Below are positions 1 through 6,418 of a stretch of 58,847 nt of DNA, piece after piece (positions within the stretch are counted from its first letter, which is position 1; the number at the start of each line of letters is the position of its first letter). The DNA is from a virus (Duplodnaviria; Caudoviricetes): positions 1 through 58,847 of IMG/VR virus record IMGVR_UViG_3300009124_000013; one strand, given 5' to 3'. Below the pieces are notes generated by a model. The model had not been told where the DNA came from and did no database searches. It saw nothing but the letters and a program-made list of their open reading frames with translations. The position numbers and the translations under genes are program-made.

Positions 1-102
1 CTTATTCATATGTTTCTTTGCTGTCTTGCTGGTCTAGGTATCGGCACCCTCGCTGTCTGGGGATATCAAAAAATTAAGGAAAACAAGAACCACAATCCAT
101 AA
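1..102 (+). CDS. 3' part of small membrane protein (truncated by window edge)
   Basis: Frame 1 reads LIHMFLCCLAGLGIGTLAVWGYQKIKENKNHNP*; its TAA overlaps the next ATG (TAATG). Confidence 0.6.
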   Translation, partial: LIHMFLCCLAGLGIGTLAVWGYQKIKENKNHNP

Positions 103-233
103 TGGAACACTTACTCGGACGGGCACTGCTGATTGTGGCAGTGCCTTTTGTTTTAGCAACACTATTCATTGCTACTAGAAAAGGTGGATACTATGACACC
201 GATATGTACAAGGGAAATGGAACCGCCCACTAA
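102..233 (+). CDS. ndhP: NdhP-like small subunit of photosynthetic complex I (NDH-1L), 43 aa
   Basis: Manual translation MEHLLGRALLIVAVPFVLATLFIATRKGGYYDTDMYKGNGTAH: one TM helix plus a C-terminal GxYDTDxYxGNGxAH tail as in cyanobacterial NdhP. Not in the ORF track. Confidence 0.88.
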   Translation: MEHLLGRALLIVAVPFVLATLFIATRKGGYYDTDMYKGNGTAH

Positions 234-405
234 GAGGCGGTATGACTTTGCATTATCATCCTTTGCAAGGATGTATGGTGTTCCTCATATCAATCAAGAG
301 ATGTCTGACTTTTGTTTTGAATGGGCATTGGGTATTGAGGTAGCACCATTAGATTGTTTACACCAAGTTGATCGTTACTTCAGACAACTATGGCAGTCCA
401 ACTAG
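217..405 (+). CDS. hypothetical protein
   Basis: ORF-track frame; ATG at 217 preferred because it minimises overlap with ndhP. Confidence 0.6.
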   Translation: MEPPTKRRYDFALSSFARMYGVPHINQEMSDFCFEWALGIEVAPLDCLHQVDRYFRQLWQSN

Positions 406-470
406 GCATTCTATTTTTTATGTGTATGTTTGGCGTATTTTTATTTGTAGTTTCTCTTTTTGATCAATAA
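390..470 (+). CDS. tiny hydrophobic peptide, 26 aa
   Basis: MAVQLGILFFMCMFGVFLFVVSLFDQ*; fills the gap exactly and is coupled to the next gene by TAATG. Confidence 0.5.
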   Translation: MAVQLGILFFMCMFGVFLFVVSLFDQ

Positions 471-628
471 TGCATGAACTAGGTCATATAGCAAGGATGG
501 TAATGGAGCGTCAATGGTGCTTAGGTATCATGGGATTTCTTCTGGTGTTTGTCCCCATCCTAGGAATGTGGGCAGTCCATAAATATAATTGGGAGCACTG
601 GGAACCTTTTGCAAGGAAGCACAAATGA
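470..628 (+). CDS. small membrane protein, 52 aa, cyanobacterial-like
   Basis: MHELGHIARMVMERQWCLGIMGFLLVFVPILGMWAVHKYNWEHWEPFARKHK*; start/stop overlaps at both ends. Confidence 0.7.
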   Translation: MHELGHIARMVMERQWCLGIMGFLLVFVPILGMWAVHKYNWEHWEPFARKHK

Positions 629-834
629 GATCTCTTATTCTACTAAGTTGTTTTTTCCCATTGGTAATTATTTTTGTTGTGATGAAGCTTGCTGTTTGGG
701 TAGACGCAGTTAATGCTGAGCAGAATTATGTCAGAGAAGATTCCAAACGACCACACGGACCCTATGTGGAAAACCCATATGGAGACGTTGATGAAGAGGA
801 CGAGGAATATGGAAGTAAAACAGATTATAGATGA
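625..834 (+). CDS. small membrane protein with acidic tail
   Basis: ATGA overlap at 625-628; N-terminal TM helix, C-terminal DVDEEDEE. Confidence 0.7.
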   Translation: MRSLILLSCFFPLVIIFVVMKLAVWVDAVNAEQNYVREDSKRPHGPYVENPYGDVDEEDEEYGSKTDYR

Positions 835-955
835 AACCCTGTGGAAGTATTACTTCGAAAGGGGAATGGAGGTTCCACAGTGGAAAAGGAATGTGGATCC
901 TAAATGGTGGACTGAGTATCTAATTGATTTAGGAATTGATCCACAGAATCCATGA
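809..955 (+). CDS. hypothetical Trp-rich protein
   Basis: MEVKQIIDETLWKY...WWTEYLIDLGIDPQNP; ATG preceded by GAGG. Confidence 0.55.
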   Translation: MEVKQIIDETLWKYYFERGMEVPQWKRNVDPKWWTEYLIDLGIDPQNP

Positions 956-1074
956 ACTTACTACTACGCCCATTAGAGAATATTAATGATCCTGTGTGGA
1001 GTGTCATCATTTCTATTGGGATTCTGTTGGTAGGAGTCCTCTACTGTGTTGTGACAATTCTCAAAATGGAGTAA
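952..1074 (+). CDS. small membrane protein, 40 aa
   Basis: MNLLLRPLENINDPVWSVIISIGILLVGVLYCVVTILKME*; ATGA overlap with upstream gene. Confidence 0.65.
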   Translation: MNLLLRPLENINDPVWSVIISIGILLVGVLYCVVTILKME

Positions 1075-1099
1075 ATTGTTACAGAATGAACAAGAGGAC

Positions 1100-1129
1100 T
1101 TGACTAAATAATGTATGATGGTCTATAAT
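1100..1129 (+). promoter_or_regulatory. sigma70-type promoter for the riboswitch/peptide unit
   Basis: TTGACT-N18-TATAAT, placing +1 near 1136, immediately before the RNA motif; late-type CTAAATA also at 1104-1110. Confidence 0.7.
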
Positions 1130-1136
1130 GACCATA

Positions 1137-1176
1137 CGTTCATCCACTTCGGTGGACGCAAGTAAGTCGCGGAACG
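1137..1176 (+). ncRNA. glutamine riboswitch-like (glnA/Downstream-peptide class) motif 1
   Basis: P1 CGTTC/GAACG, P2 TCCAC-TTCG-GTGGA, then CGCAAGTAAG; matches the general layout of cyanobacterial glutamine aptamers. Confidence 0.65.
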
Positions 1177-1179
1177 GAG

Positions 1180-1430
1180 CGTTCATCCTATGCTTTCATT
1201 AGCACTCATCTTTTTTAGTCATGTCCCAGTGGAGAATTATCTTCGCTGTGATGACTATGAATGGTTAAAACAAGGATTGGAAGAGACAACTCTTTTCACT
1301 CCTTTTGAAAAAGCTGATATCCTCATTCATTGGATGGAACATACTGACCCAGCATGTTTCCTGCCAGAGGCATAGGACGCAAACGACTGAAGGAACGGGA
1401 GATTCAATTCACCCTAGTATTTCAGGAGTA
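1180..1430 (+). ncRNA. glutamine riboswitch-like motif 2, with an ORF inside the P2 loop
   Basis: CGTTCA-TCCTATGC (1180-1193) ... GCATAGGA-CGCAAACGACTGAAG-GAACG (1370-1397); lies directly upstream of a DUF4278-like peptide, the usual context of Downstream-peptide RNAs. Confidence 0.6.
1190..1375 (+). CDS. hypothetical 61-aa protein nested in riboswitch-like stem
   Basis: ORF track; GGAG 10 nt upstream; hydrophobic N-terminus, two Cys. Confidence 0.65.
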   Translation: MLSLALIFFSHVPVENYLRCDDYEWLKQGLEETTLFTPFEKADILIHWMEHTDPACFLPEA

Positions 1431-1435
1431 AAATC

Positions 1436-1600
1436 ATGAACACCCTCACTCTGATCAAAAAGCAGATCCAGAAGCAAGCAGCACTGCACGATGCACAAAT
1501 TTCTCACACCGCTTATCGTGGTGTAGTATATGAGTGCAAGCAAGGTGCTGAAGAAACTCATGGAACATTCTGCTACAGAGGTCACACCTATAATAAGTGA
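1436..1600 (+). CDS. DUF4278-like downstream peptide, 54 aa
   Basis: MNTLTLIKKQIQKQAALHDAQISHTAYRGVVYECKQGAEETHGTFCYRGHTYNK*: two YRGxxY motifs; AGGAG RBS. Not in the ORF track. Confidence 0.85.
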   Translation: MNTLTLIKKQIQKQAALHDAQISHTAYRGVVYECKQGAEETHGTFCYRGHTYNK

Positions 1601-1767
1601 TGGACTATCGATATCACTTTGATGATATGGATAGTGATAATAGACCTCCCGCATGTTATCAACTCAAATATAGAGGAGTAACATACTGGTCATGCTATAA
1701 GATTCACTTGCAGGAGTACTTCGAGCAATTGCTCGAAGTGCAACCCGTTTATAACCGAAGGGGTTGA
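1600..1767 (+). CDS. second YRGV-motif peptide, 55 aa
   Basis: MDYRYHFDDMDSDNRPPACYQLKYRGVTYWSCYKIHLQEYFEQLLEVQPVYNRRG*; TGATG coupling. Confidence 0.7.
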   Translation: MDYRYHFDDMDSDNRPPACYQLKYRGVTYWSCYKIHLQEYFEQLLEVQPVYNRRG

Positions 1768-1783
1768 CACCCCTTCTTTTTTT
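1757..1783 (+). terminator. intrinsic terminator with TTGACA loop
   Basis: GAAGGGG-TTGACA-CCCCTTC followed by T7. Confidence 0.85.
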
Positions 1784-1792
1784 GTGTATAAT
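1764..1792 (+). promoter_or_regulatory. consensus sigma70 promoter
   Basis: TTGACA-N17-TATAAT. Confidence 0.9.
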
Positions 1793-1814
1793 ACCAACGA
1801 ACTACCAAACGAAC

Positions 1815-2204
1815 ATGGGAATGTTTGACACAATCAGAAGTAGTTATGATCTCGGTCCAGGATTCTGGAGAAGAGATCTACAAACCAAAGGTCTCGAATG
1901 CCTTATGGTAGAATATTGGATTGATCCTAGTGGTCAATTGTTTGAGATTGACTATTCAGGCACTCAAGATTTTGATCTTTGCCCAGAACAAGAATCGAAA
2001 ACCCCATGGAATCCTTACAAAGCGGTTCCTAATGGTAATCATGGAAAGGTTAGACCTGTCTATGTTACAGCAACAATCGAGGTTTATCCAGCAAAATGGG
2101 AATGTCATTACGCACCATTTCCAAGAAAGATTATTCAATTCGTTAACGGTAAATTAAATGAAGAAATTATTACTTGCATTGATTTTAGCGGCTGCTCCAG
2201 TTAA
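1815..2204 (+). CDS. hypothetical phage protein (MGMFD N-terminus)
   Basis: First ATG downstream of the promoter; ORF-track frame. Confidence 0.75.
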   Translation: MGMFDTIRSSYDLGPGFWRRDLQTKGLECLMVEYWIDPSGQLFEIDYSGTQDFDLCPEQESKTPWNPYKAVPNGNHGKVRPVYVTATIEVYPAKWECHYAPFPRKIIQFVNGKLNEEIITCIDFSGCSS

Positions 2205-2805
2205 TGCAGAACCGACCAAAGGGTATTACACCATGGATGCTATGGGGTGCATGATTGTACAGGAATGTACTGATGGCGTAATTCAAGTTTGGGGTGCAGA
2301 TCAGTTGGAAGAACTCTTTCCAAATTCTGATTGGAACTTAGTTAAAGAAGAGTTCGCTCGAATGATGAACGCACTCAGCCAAGTTGGAGTTAGCGTATAC
2401 ATCGCACCAGAAAAGTATTTTCCAGTTGGACATCGTGGTGTCTACCATACTGTTAGTAATAATTTCTATCTTAATAGGAGTTATGTACACCGCCCTAATG
2501 TCATGATGACCGTCATGAGACATGAAGGATGGCACGCTGCACAAGATTGTATGGCAGGTAGCATTAAGAATAGTTTGATTGCTATCATCAAGAATGAAGA
2601 GGATGTGCCAGGATTGTGGCGTGAGATGGTAGAGGAGTCCTACCCTGCTGAAGCGGTTCCTTTTGAGGCAGAGGCAACCTGGGCAGGAAAGACCGCTAAG
2701 ATGACCCAGGACGCCCTAGAAGCGTGTGCTGAGGGCAATATGTGGGAGAAGTACCCACCCACTCCATTAACAAAGAAATGGTTGAAAGAAAATGGCTACC
2801 TATGA
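2158..2805 (+). CDS. exported zincin-like (HExxH) protein
   Basis: Signal peptide MKKLLLALILAAAPVNA; HEGWH motif and a later EAEA. Confidence 0.7.
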   Translation: MKKLLLALILAAAPVNAEPTKGYYTMDAMGCMIVQECTDGVIQVWGADQLEELFPNSDWNLVKEEFARMMNALSQVGVSVYIAPEKYFPVGHRGVYHTVSNNFYLNRSYVHRPNVMMTVMRHEGWHAAQDCMAGSIKNSLIAIIKNEEDVPGLWREMVEESYPAEAVPFEAEATWAGKTAKMTQDALEACAEGNMWEKYPPTPLTKKWLKENGYL

Positions 2806-2953
2806 TGTCACACTAGAGGAGGATGGGGGCGATCTCATTCTTCCTGTTCCTGAAGATCTTATGGATGAACTTGGTTGGCAAGAGAATGATCTATTGGAAT
2901 GGACTATCGAAGATGACCACATTGTATTGAGAAGAGTAGATGAAGATGAATGA
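2792..2953 (+). CDS. AbrB/MazE/SpoVT-like small DNA-binding protein, 53 aa
   Basis: MATYDVTLEEDGGDLILPVPEDLMDELGWQENDLLEWTIEDDHIVLRRVDEDE*: swapped-hairpin pattern LxLPxPxxLxxxLGWxxxD. Not in the ORF track. Confidence 0.75.
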   Translation: MATYDVTLEEDGGDLILPVPEDLMDELGWQENDLLEWTIEDDHIVLRRVDEDE

Positions 2954-3482
2954 ATCAACTACTAGATCATACATTAAGGTGTATGACAACATTATTTCTG
3001 ATGAACTCTGTGATCAAATTATTCAGGAGTTTAAAGATTCTGATTGGGAGATCTCAAAAATTGGTAAAGATCGGATTTTAAACACTGATCTTAGAAATTG
3101 CTTCTCAGTTCCAGTAAAGCATGAAACTGCAATAGACAAAGAAGTATTTCATTGCATGTCTACAGCACTACAAAAATATGCAAGTGAGTTTGCCCATGTG
3201 GATGTTTCAGAGGATACTGGATATATTCTCTTAAAATATACTGAAGGTCAATTTTACGTACAGCATATAGATTCGTTTAAAGAAAAAAATAGAGCACTAA
3301 CATGCTCACTAATCTTGAATGATGACTATGAAGGAGGAGAGTTTGCTTTCTTCGATCGTGAAATGAAATTTAAATTAAAAAAGGGACAAGCAATTATGTT
3401 CCCATCAAATTTCATGTTCCCTCATGAAATACTCCCAGTTAAATCTGGCACACGATATTCTATTATTACTTGGTTTGTATAG
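2946..3482 (+). CDS. 2OG-Fe(II) oxygenase (prolyl-4-hydroxylase-like)
   Basis: HID...LNDDYEGGEF...FPSNFMFPHE...GTRYS iron and 2-oxoglutarate ligands. Confidence 0.9.
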   Translation: MNESTTRSYIKVYDNIISDELCDQIIQEFKDSDWEISKIGKDRILNTDLRNCFSVPVKHETAIDKEVFHCMSTALQKYASEFAHVDVSEDTGYILLKYTEGQFYVQHIDSFKEKNRALTCSLILNDDYEGGEFAFFDREMKFKLKKGQAIMFPSNFMFPHEILPVKSGTRYSIITWFV

Positions 3483-3692
3483 ATGAAGACGAATTGGAGG
3501 ATCTGGGCGAAAGCATTAGGGGAGAAAGCACACAAGAAGGATCATATTGCTGATCAGGTTGCCAGTGTAAGAACTGTCATATTCTTTACTTACCTGGTCA
3601 CTAATTGCTTTATTGTTGCTGGAGTCGTTCGTCACTGGAACGACGTTCCTCAACCTCTTGACAAACCAGAAGCAGTATGCTATTATCAATAG
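3483..3692 (+). CDS. hypothetical membrane protein
   Basis: ORF track; WRIWAKALGEK plus one TM segment. Confidence 0.7.
   Translation: MKTNWRIWAKALGEKAHKKDHIADQVASVRTVIFFTYLVTNCFIVAGVVRHWNDVPQPLDKPEAVCYYQ
3658..3686 (+). promoter_or_regulatory. sigma70 promoter inside upstream CDS
   Basis: TTGACA-N17-TATTAT with TGn extension. Confidence 0.75.
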
Positions 3693-3709
3693 GTCTTCCA
3701 CGGACACAC

Positions 3710-3868
3710 ATGGATCGATCTAAACTTAAACAACTTATTAGCGAACTTAAACGGGTAGTCAGTGAACTTGAGAGTGAAATCTACTCAGACACTGACACCT
3801 ATCTCTCTTATGATGAGATTGCTAAATGTACTCCATTTGTCGAAGATGACGACGGGTATCCTGACTGA
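3710..3868 (+). CDS. hypothetical cyanophage protein
   Basis: MDRSKLKQLISELK...EDDDGYPD. Confidence 0.7.
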   Translation: MDRSKLKQLISELKRVVSELESEIYSDTDTYLSYDEIAKCTPFVEDDDGYPD

Positions 3869-3871
3869 CTT

Positions 3872-3958
3872 GGAAGGTCAAGCCGATAGGTGACGGCAGC
3901 TGTCTTGAAAACAGTCGAGGTGTTAAAGCCCTTAGGCGTTCGATTCGCCTACCTTCCG
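3872..3958 (+). tRNA. tRNA-Ser(TGA)
   Basis: Acceptor GGAAGGT/ACCTTCC, anticodon loop CTTGAAA, long variable arm, GTTCGAT T-loop. Confidence 0.92.
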
Positions 3959-4012
3959 TTGTCAGGTTATGAAAACCTGACATAACGTATACTAATTGTA
4001 TACATATATTAC

Positions 4013-4032
4013 AACTGTCACATGTGACAGTT
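4013..4032. repeat. perfect 20-bp palindrome
   Basis: AACTGTCACATGTGACAGTT. Confidence 0.85.
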
Positions 4033-4160
4033 CGATAACAGCACCAATGCCTCAACTACTCGCAGCGGAATCTGTTATGATTAGCAAGCGTTGGAAGTCG
4101 ATCCAACCAACATCTGTGGGTAACCATTCCACAAGTAAAAATCTTACGAGGTAAAAACAA

Positions 4161-4532
4161 ATGATTAAATCCGCATTCGCAGCTCTGGCTGCTGCTCCCC
4201 TTTTCGCTGGCGCTGCTTTTGCAGGTCCTTACGTGAACGTCGAAGCCAACTCTGGTTGGACTGGTTCTAACTACAGCGGCACTGCTATCGACACCCATCT
4301 GGGTTACGAAGGTGCTCTGGGCGAATCCGCTTCTTGGTATGTCCAAGGTGGTGCTACGACCAAGCTTCCTGATGCTGGCACTGCTGACACTGTTCCTTCT
4401 GGTAAGGCAGGTCTGGGCGTCGGTCTGACCGATTCTGTTTCTGCTTACGGCGAAATCTCTTTCGTTGGTTCGGGCGTTGCTGGTGTTGACCGTTCTTACG
4501 GCACCAAAGCTGGTCTGAAGTGGGCATTCTGA
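4161..4532 (+). CDS. small outer-membrane beta-barrel protein, host-like
   Basis: Signal peptide ending AFA, GPYVNVEAN start, alternating beta strands, C-terminal GLKWAF; GAGG RBS. Confidence 0.75.
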   Translation: MIKSAFAALAAAPLFAGAAFAGPYVNVEANSGWTGSNYSGTAIDTHLGYEGALGESASWYVQGGATTKLPDAGTADTVPSGKAGLGVGLTDSVSAYGEISFVGSGVAGVDRSYGTKAGLKWAF

Positions 4533-4548
4533 TCCACTAACTAAATCT

Positions 4549-4571
4549 GGGGACTTCGGTCCCCTTTTTTT
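4549..4571 (+). terminator. intrinsic terminator
   Basis: GGGGAC-TTCG-GTCCCC-T7. Confidence 0.9.
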
Positions 4572-4760
4572 ATGATTAAGATTCTTCGCAGTCCAGTAAC
4601 ACACTTTAATCTTTTAGTGGTTGGGTTTTTGATTATAGTTCAAGGTATGCATACCCATGCACACCACACCATGAGTGTTGATACTGACTCATACGTTCGT
4701 GGTTTCTGTAAGAAGAATTTAGATACATGTAAAAACATTATCAGTGATCTGGGGGGTTGA
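4572..4760 (+). CDS. hypothetical membrane protein
   Basis: ORF track; TM helix, His-rich stretch, FCxxNxxxC. Confidence 0.7.
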   Translation: MIKILRSPVTHFNLLVVGFLIIVQGMHTHAHHTMSVDTDSYVRGFCKKNLDTCKNIISDLGG

Positions 4761-4785
4761 CACCCCCCTTTTTTATTGCTATACT
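4751..4785 (+). promoter_or_regulatory. fused terminator and sigma70 promoter
   Basis: G6-TTGACA-C6-T6 hairpin; TTGACA-N17-TATACT with TGn. Confidence 0.85.
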
Positions 4786-4809
4786 AACATGGAGTTACCC
4801 CTGGAGGTC

Positions 4810-5046
4810 ATGGAAGTCATTCTTTATTCAAAAGACAATTGTCAATGGTGTGATAGAGCAAAGATGCTATTTGACAATTTAGATGTTAAATATACTGAGT
4901 ATAAGTACGAAAAGGACTTTACTAAAAAAGAATTCTACGCAGAGTTTGGTGAGGGTGCTACGTTCCCTCAGATTTCTATCAACACCAAACACATTGGAGG
5001 ATTCAAAGACACGCTGCACTACTTCCAAGAAAACAATCTTATCTAA
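4810..5046 (+). CDS. nrdC: glutaredoxin
   Basis: CQWC active site, TFPQI, IGGF; GGAGG RBS. Confidence 0.92.
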   Translation: MEVILYSKDNCQWCDRAKMLFDNLDVKYTEYKYEKDFTKKEFYAEFGEGATFPQISINTKHIGGFKDTLHYFQENNLI

Positions 5047-5414
5047 TGGAACCTACAGAAGAAATTTATCTCCTTGTTGAAAAATCAATTGATGCTGCCT
5101 TTGATGGTAAGTTCTTGTTCAATCTTTACACCTATGTAAAGTCATCTAAGTTTACTAGAAGAGACATGACTGCATTCATTGAAAGTCCAACTGCAGAAAG
5201 CATATCTAACATTGTAACTGAGCTTGATCTTTACATTAAAGGTAAAGATAAGATTGCAAAGGAAGCATATGGTTATTTGAGCAAACCAAATGCAAGGAAG
5301 ATTAAAGATTATCTGTACAAAATACTAGAGGATGCATGGAAGTATGAAAAAGAACGAAGACCAGGAAGAAAACCTGGAACAAAAAACAAACGTAAACGAG
5401 TCCTCAATAAATAA
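5046..5414 (+). CDS. conserved cyanomyovirus hypothetical protein
   Basis: ORF track; syntenic position after nrdC; basic C-terminus. Confidence 0.8.
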   Translation: MEPTEEIYLLVEKSIDAAFDGKFLFNLYTYVKSSKFTRRDMTAFIESPTAESISNIVTELDLYIKGKDKIAKEAYGYLSKPNARKIKDYLYKILEDAWKYEKERRPGRKPGTKNKRKRVLNK

Positions 5415-5427
5415 AGGAGATGAGTTT

Positions 5428-5790
5428 ATGCGTTTACGTAAGGTCAAGAAAGATGTTGACCTAGACAAAGAGGAATTAGTGCCAAAGGGAGGCAAGGAAA
5501 TGAACACCGCAGTAGTTTTAACTCTGTCCGTTATCATGACTATTGGTGGAACACTCATTGGATTTATTTTTGGGTGGTTAGCGAATGCTTATTACGACGA
5601 TTTCCGAGAAACATTGCAAGCAATTCTTACTGAGGATAAAGAAGAGGTTGCAACGATCACTCCACATCCAGAAATGATGGACAGTCAAGGTAATCTAATT
5701 CCATTTCAAATTGCTAAACTCGTTAGCGTGGAATTTGAACCATCCGATGCATTTGATATGGATCCATTTCCAGATTCAGATGACGACTAA
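5428..5790 (+). CDS. hypothetical membrane protein
   Basis: TM helix and PHPEM motif; AGGAG RBS and ATAAATA at 5407-5413. Confidence 0.75.
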   Translation: MRLRKVKKDVDLDKEELVPKGGKEMNTAVVLTLSVIMTIGGTLIGFIFGWLANAYYDDFRETLQAILTEDKEEVATITPHPEMMDSQGNLIPFQIAKLVSVEFEPSDAFDMDPFPDSDDD

Positions 5791-5819
5791 ATAAAAACAT
5801 ACGAATTTTTGTATTACTC

Positions 5820-6248
5820 ATGAAACTATTGATTTCTGAAGTCATTAAGAAGGCATCCAATGCCAAAACAAAAGCAGAAAAGATTAAGATCCTGCGAGAC
5901 AATAACACTCAAGCACTTCGTTCCGTTTTGAAATGGAACTTTGACCCCAACATTACTTCAGATCTTCCTGAAGGAGAAGTGCCATATGATAAAAATGATG
6001 CACCTATTGGGACAGAGCATACTGTTCTTGAAAGAGAATCACGTAACCTCTGGAGATTTATCAAGGGTGCCAATACTCTTTCTCGCATGAAGAGAGAGCA
6101 ACTTTTCATTCAACTTCTTGAGGGTTTGCATGAATCTGAAGCAGAGATTGTTTGTTTGGTCAAAGACAAAGAACTGCAATCTAAATTCAGAATTACACAT
6201 GCTGTAGTTAAAGAAGCTTTTCCTGAGATTAAATGGAGTGATTCTTAA
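5820..6248 (+). CDS. conserved T4-like hypothetical protein
   Basis: LPEGEVPY...REQLFIQLLEGLH; CTAAATA upstream. Confidence 0.8.
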   Translation: MKLLISEVIKKASNAKTKAEKIKILRDNNTQALRSVLKWNFDPNITSDLPEGEVPYDKNDAPIGTEHTVLERESRNLWRFIKGANTLSRMKREQLFIQLLEGLHESEAEIVCLVKDKELQSKFRITHAVVKEAFPEIKWSDS

Positions 6249-6250
6249 TA

Positions 6251-6418
6251 GTGAATATTGTCAACGAAGACAGAGTGATTTACATGATTAAAAAATGCAT
6301 TGAGGAGAAGCACCATGCCCGAGAAACTTTCCACAGAGTCCGACTATCAAACCCAGGATTCTGTGAAGACAGAATTAGAGAACTCATCGATGTCTTTCAA
6401 CCTAACGGAATCGGATAA
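6251..6418 (+). CDS. possible hypothetical protein, 55 aa, GTG start
   Basis: Open frame filling the gap after 6248; start uncertain. Confidence 0.4.
   Translation: MNIVNEDRVIYMIKKCIEEKHHARETFHRVRLSNPGFCEDRIRELIDVFQPNGIG

Noticed and set aside
1409-1654. 81-aa minus-strand ORF
   Set aside because: The plus strand holds the RBS-bearing YRG peptides.
3987-4013. NtcA box after tRNA-Ser
   Set aside because: GTA...TAC spacing is 9 rather than the canonical 8.
4056-4604. 182-aa minus-strand ORF
   Set aside because: Antisense to the beta-barrel gene and spans its terminator and leader.
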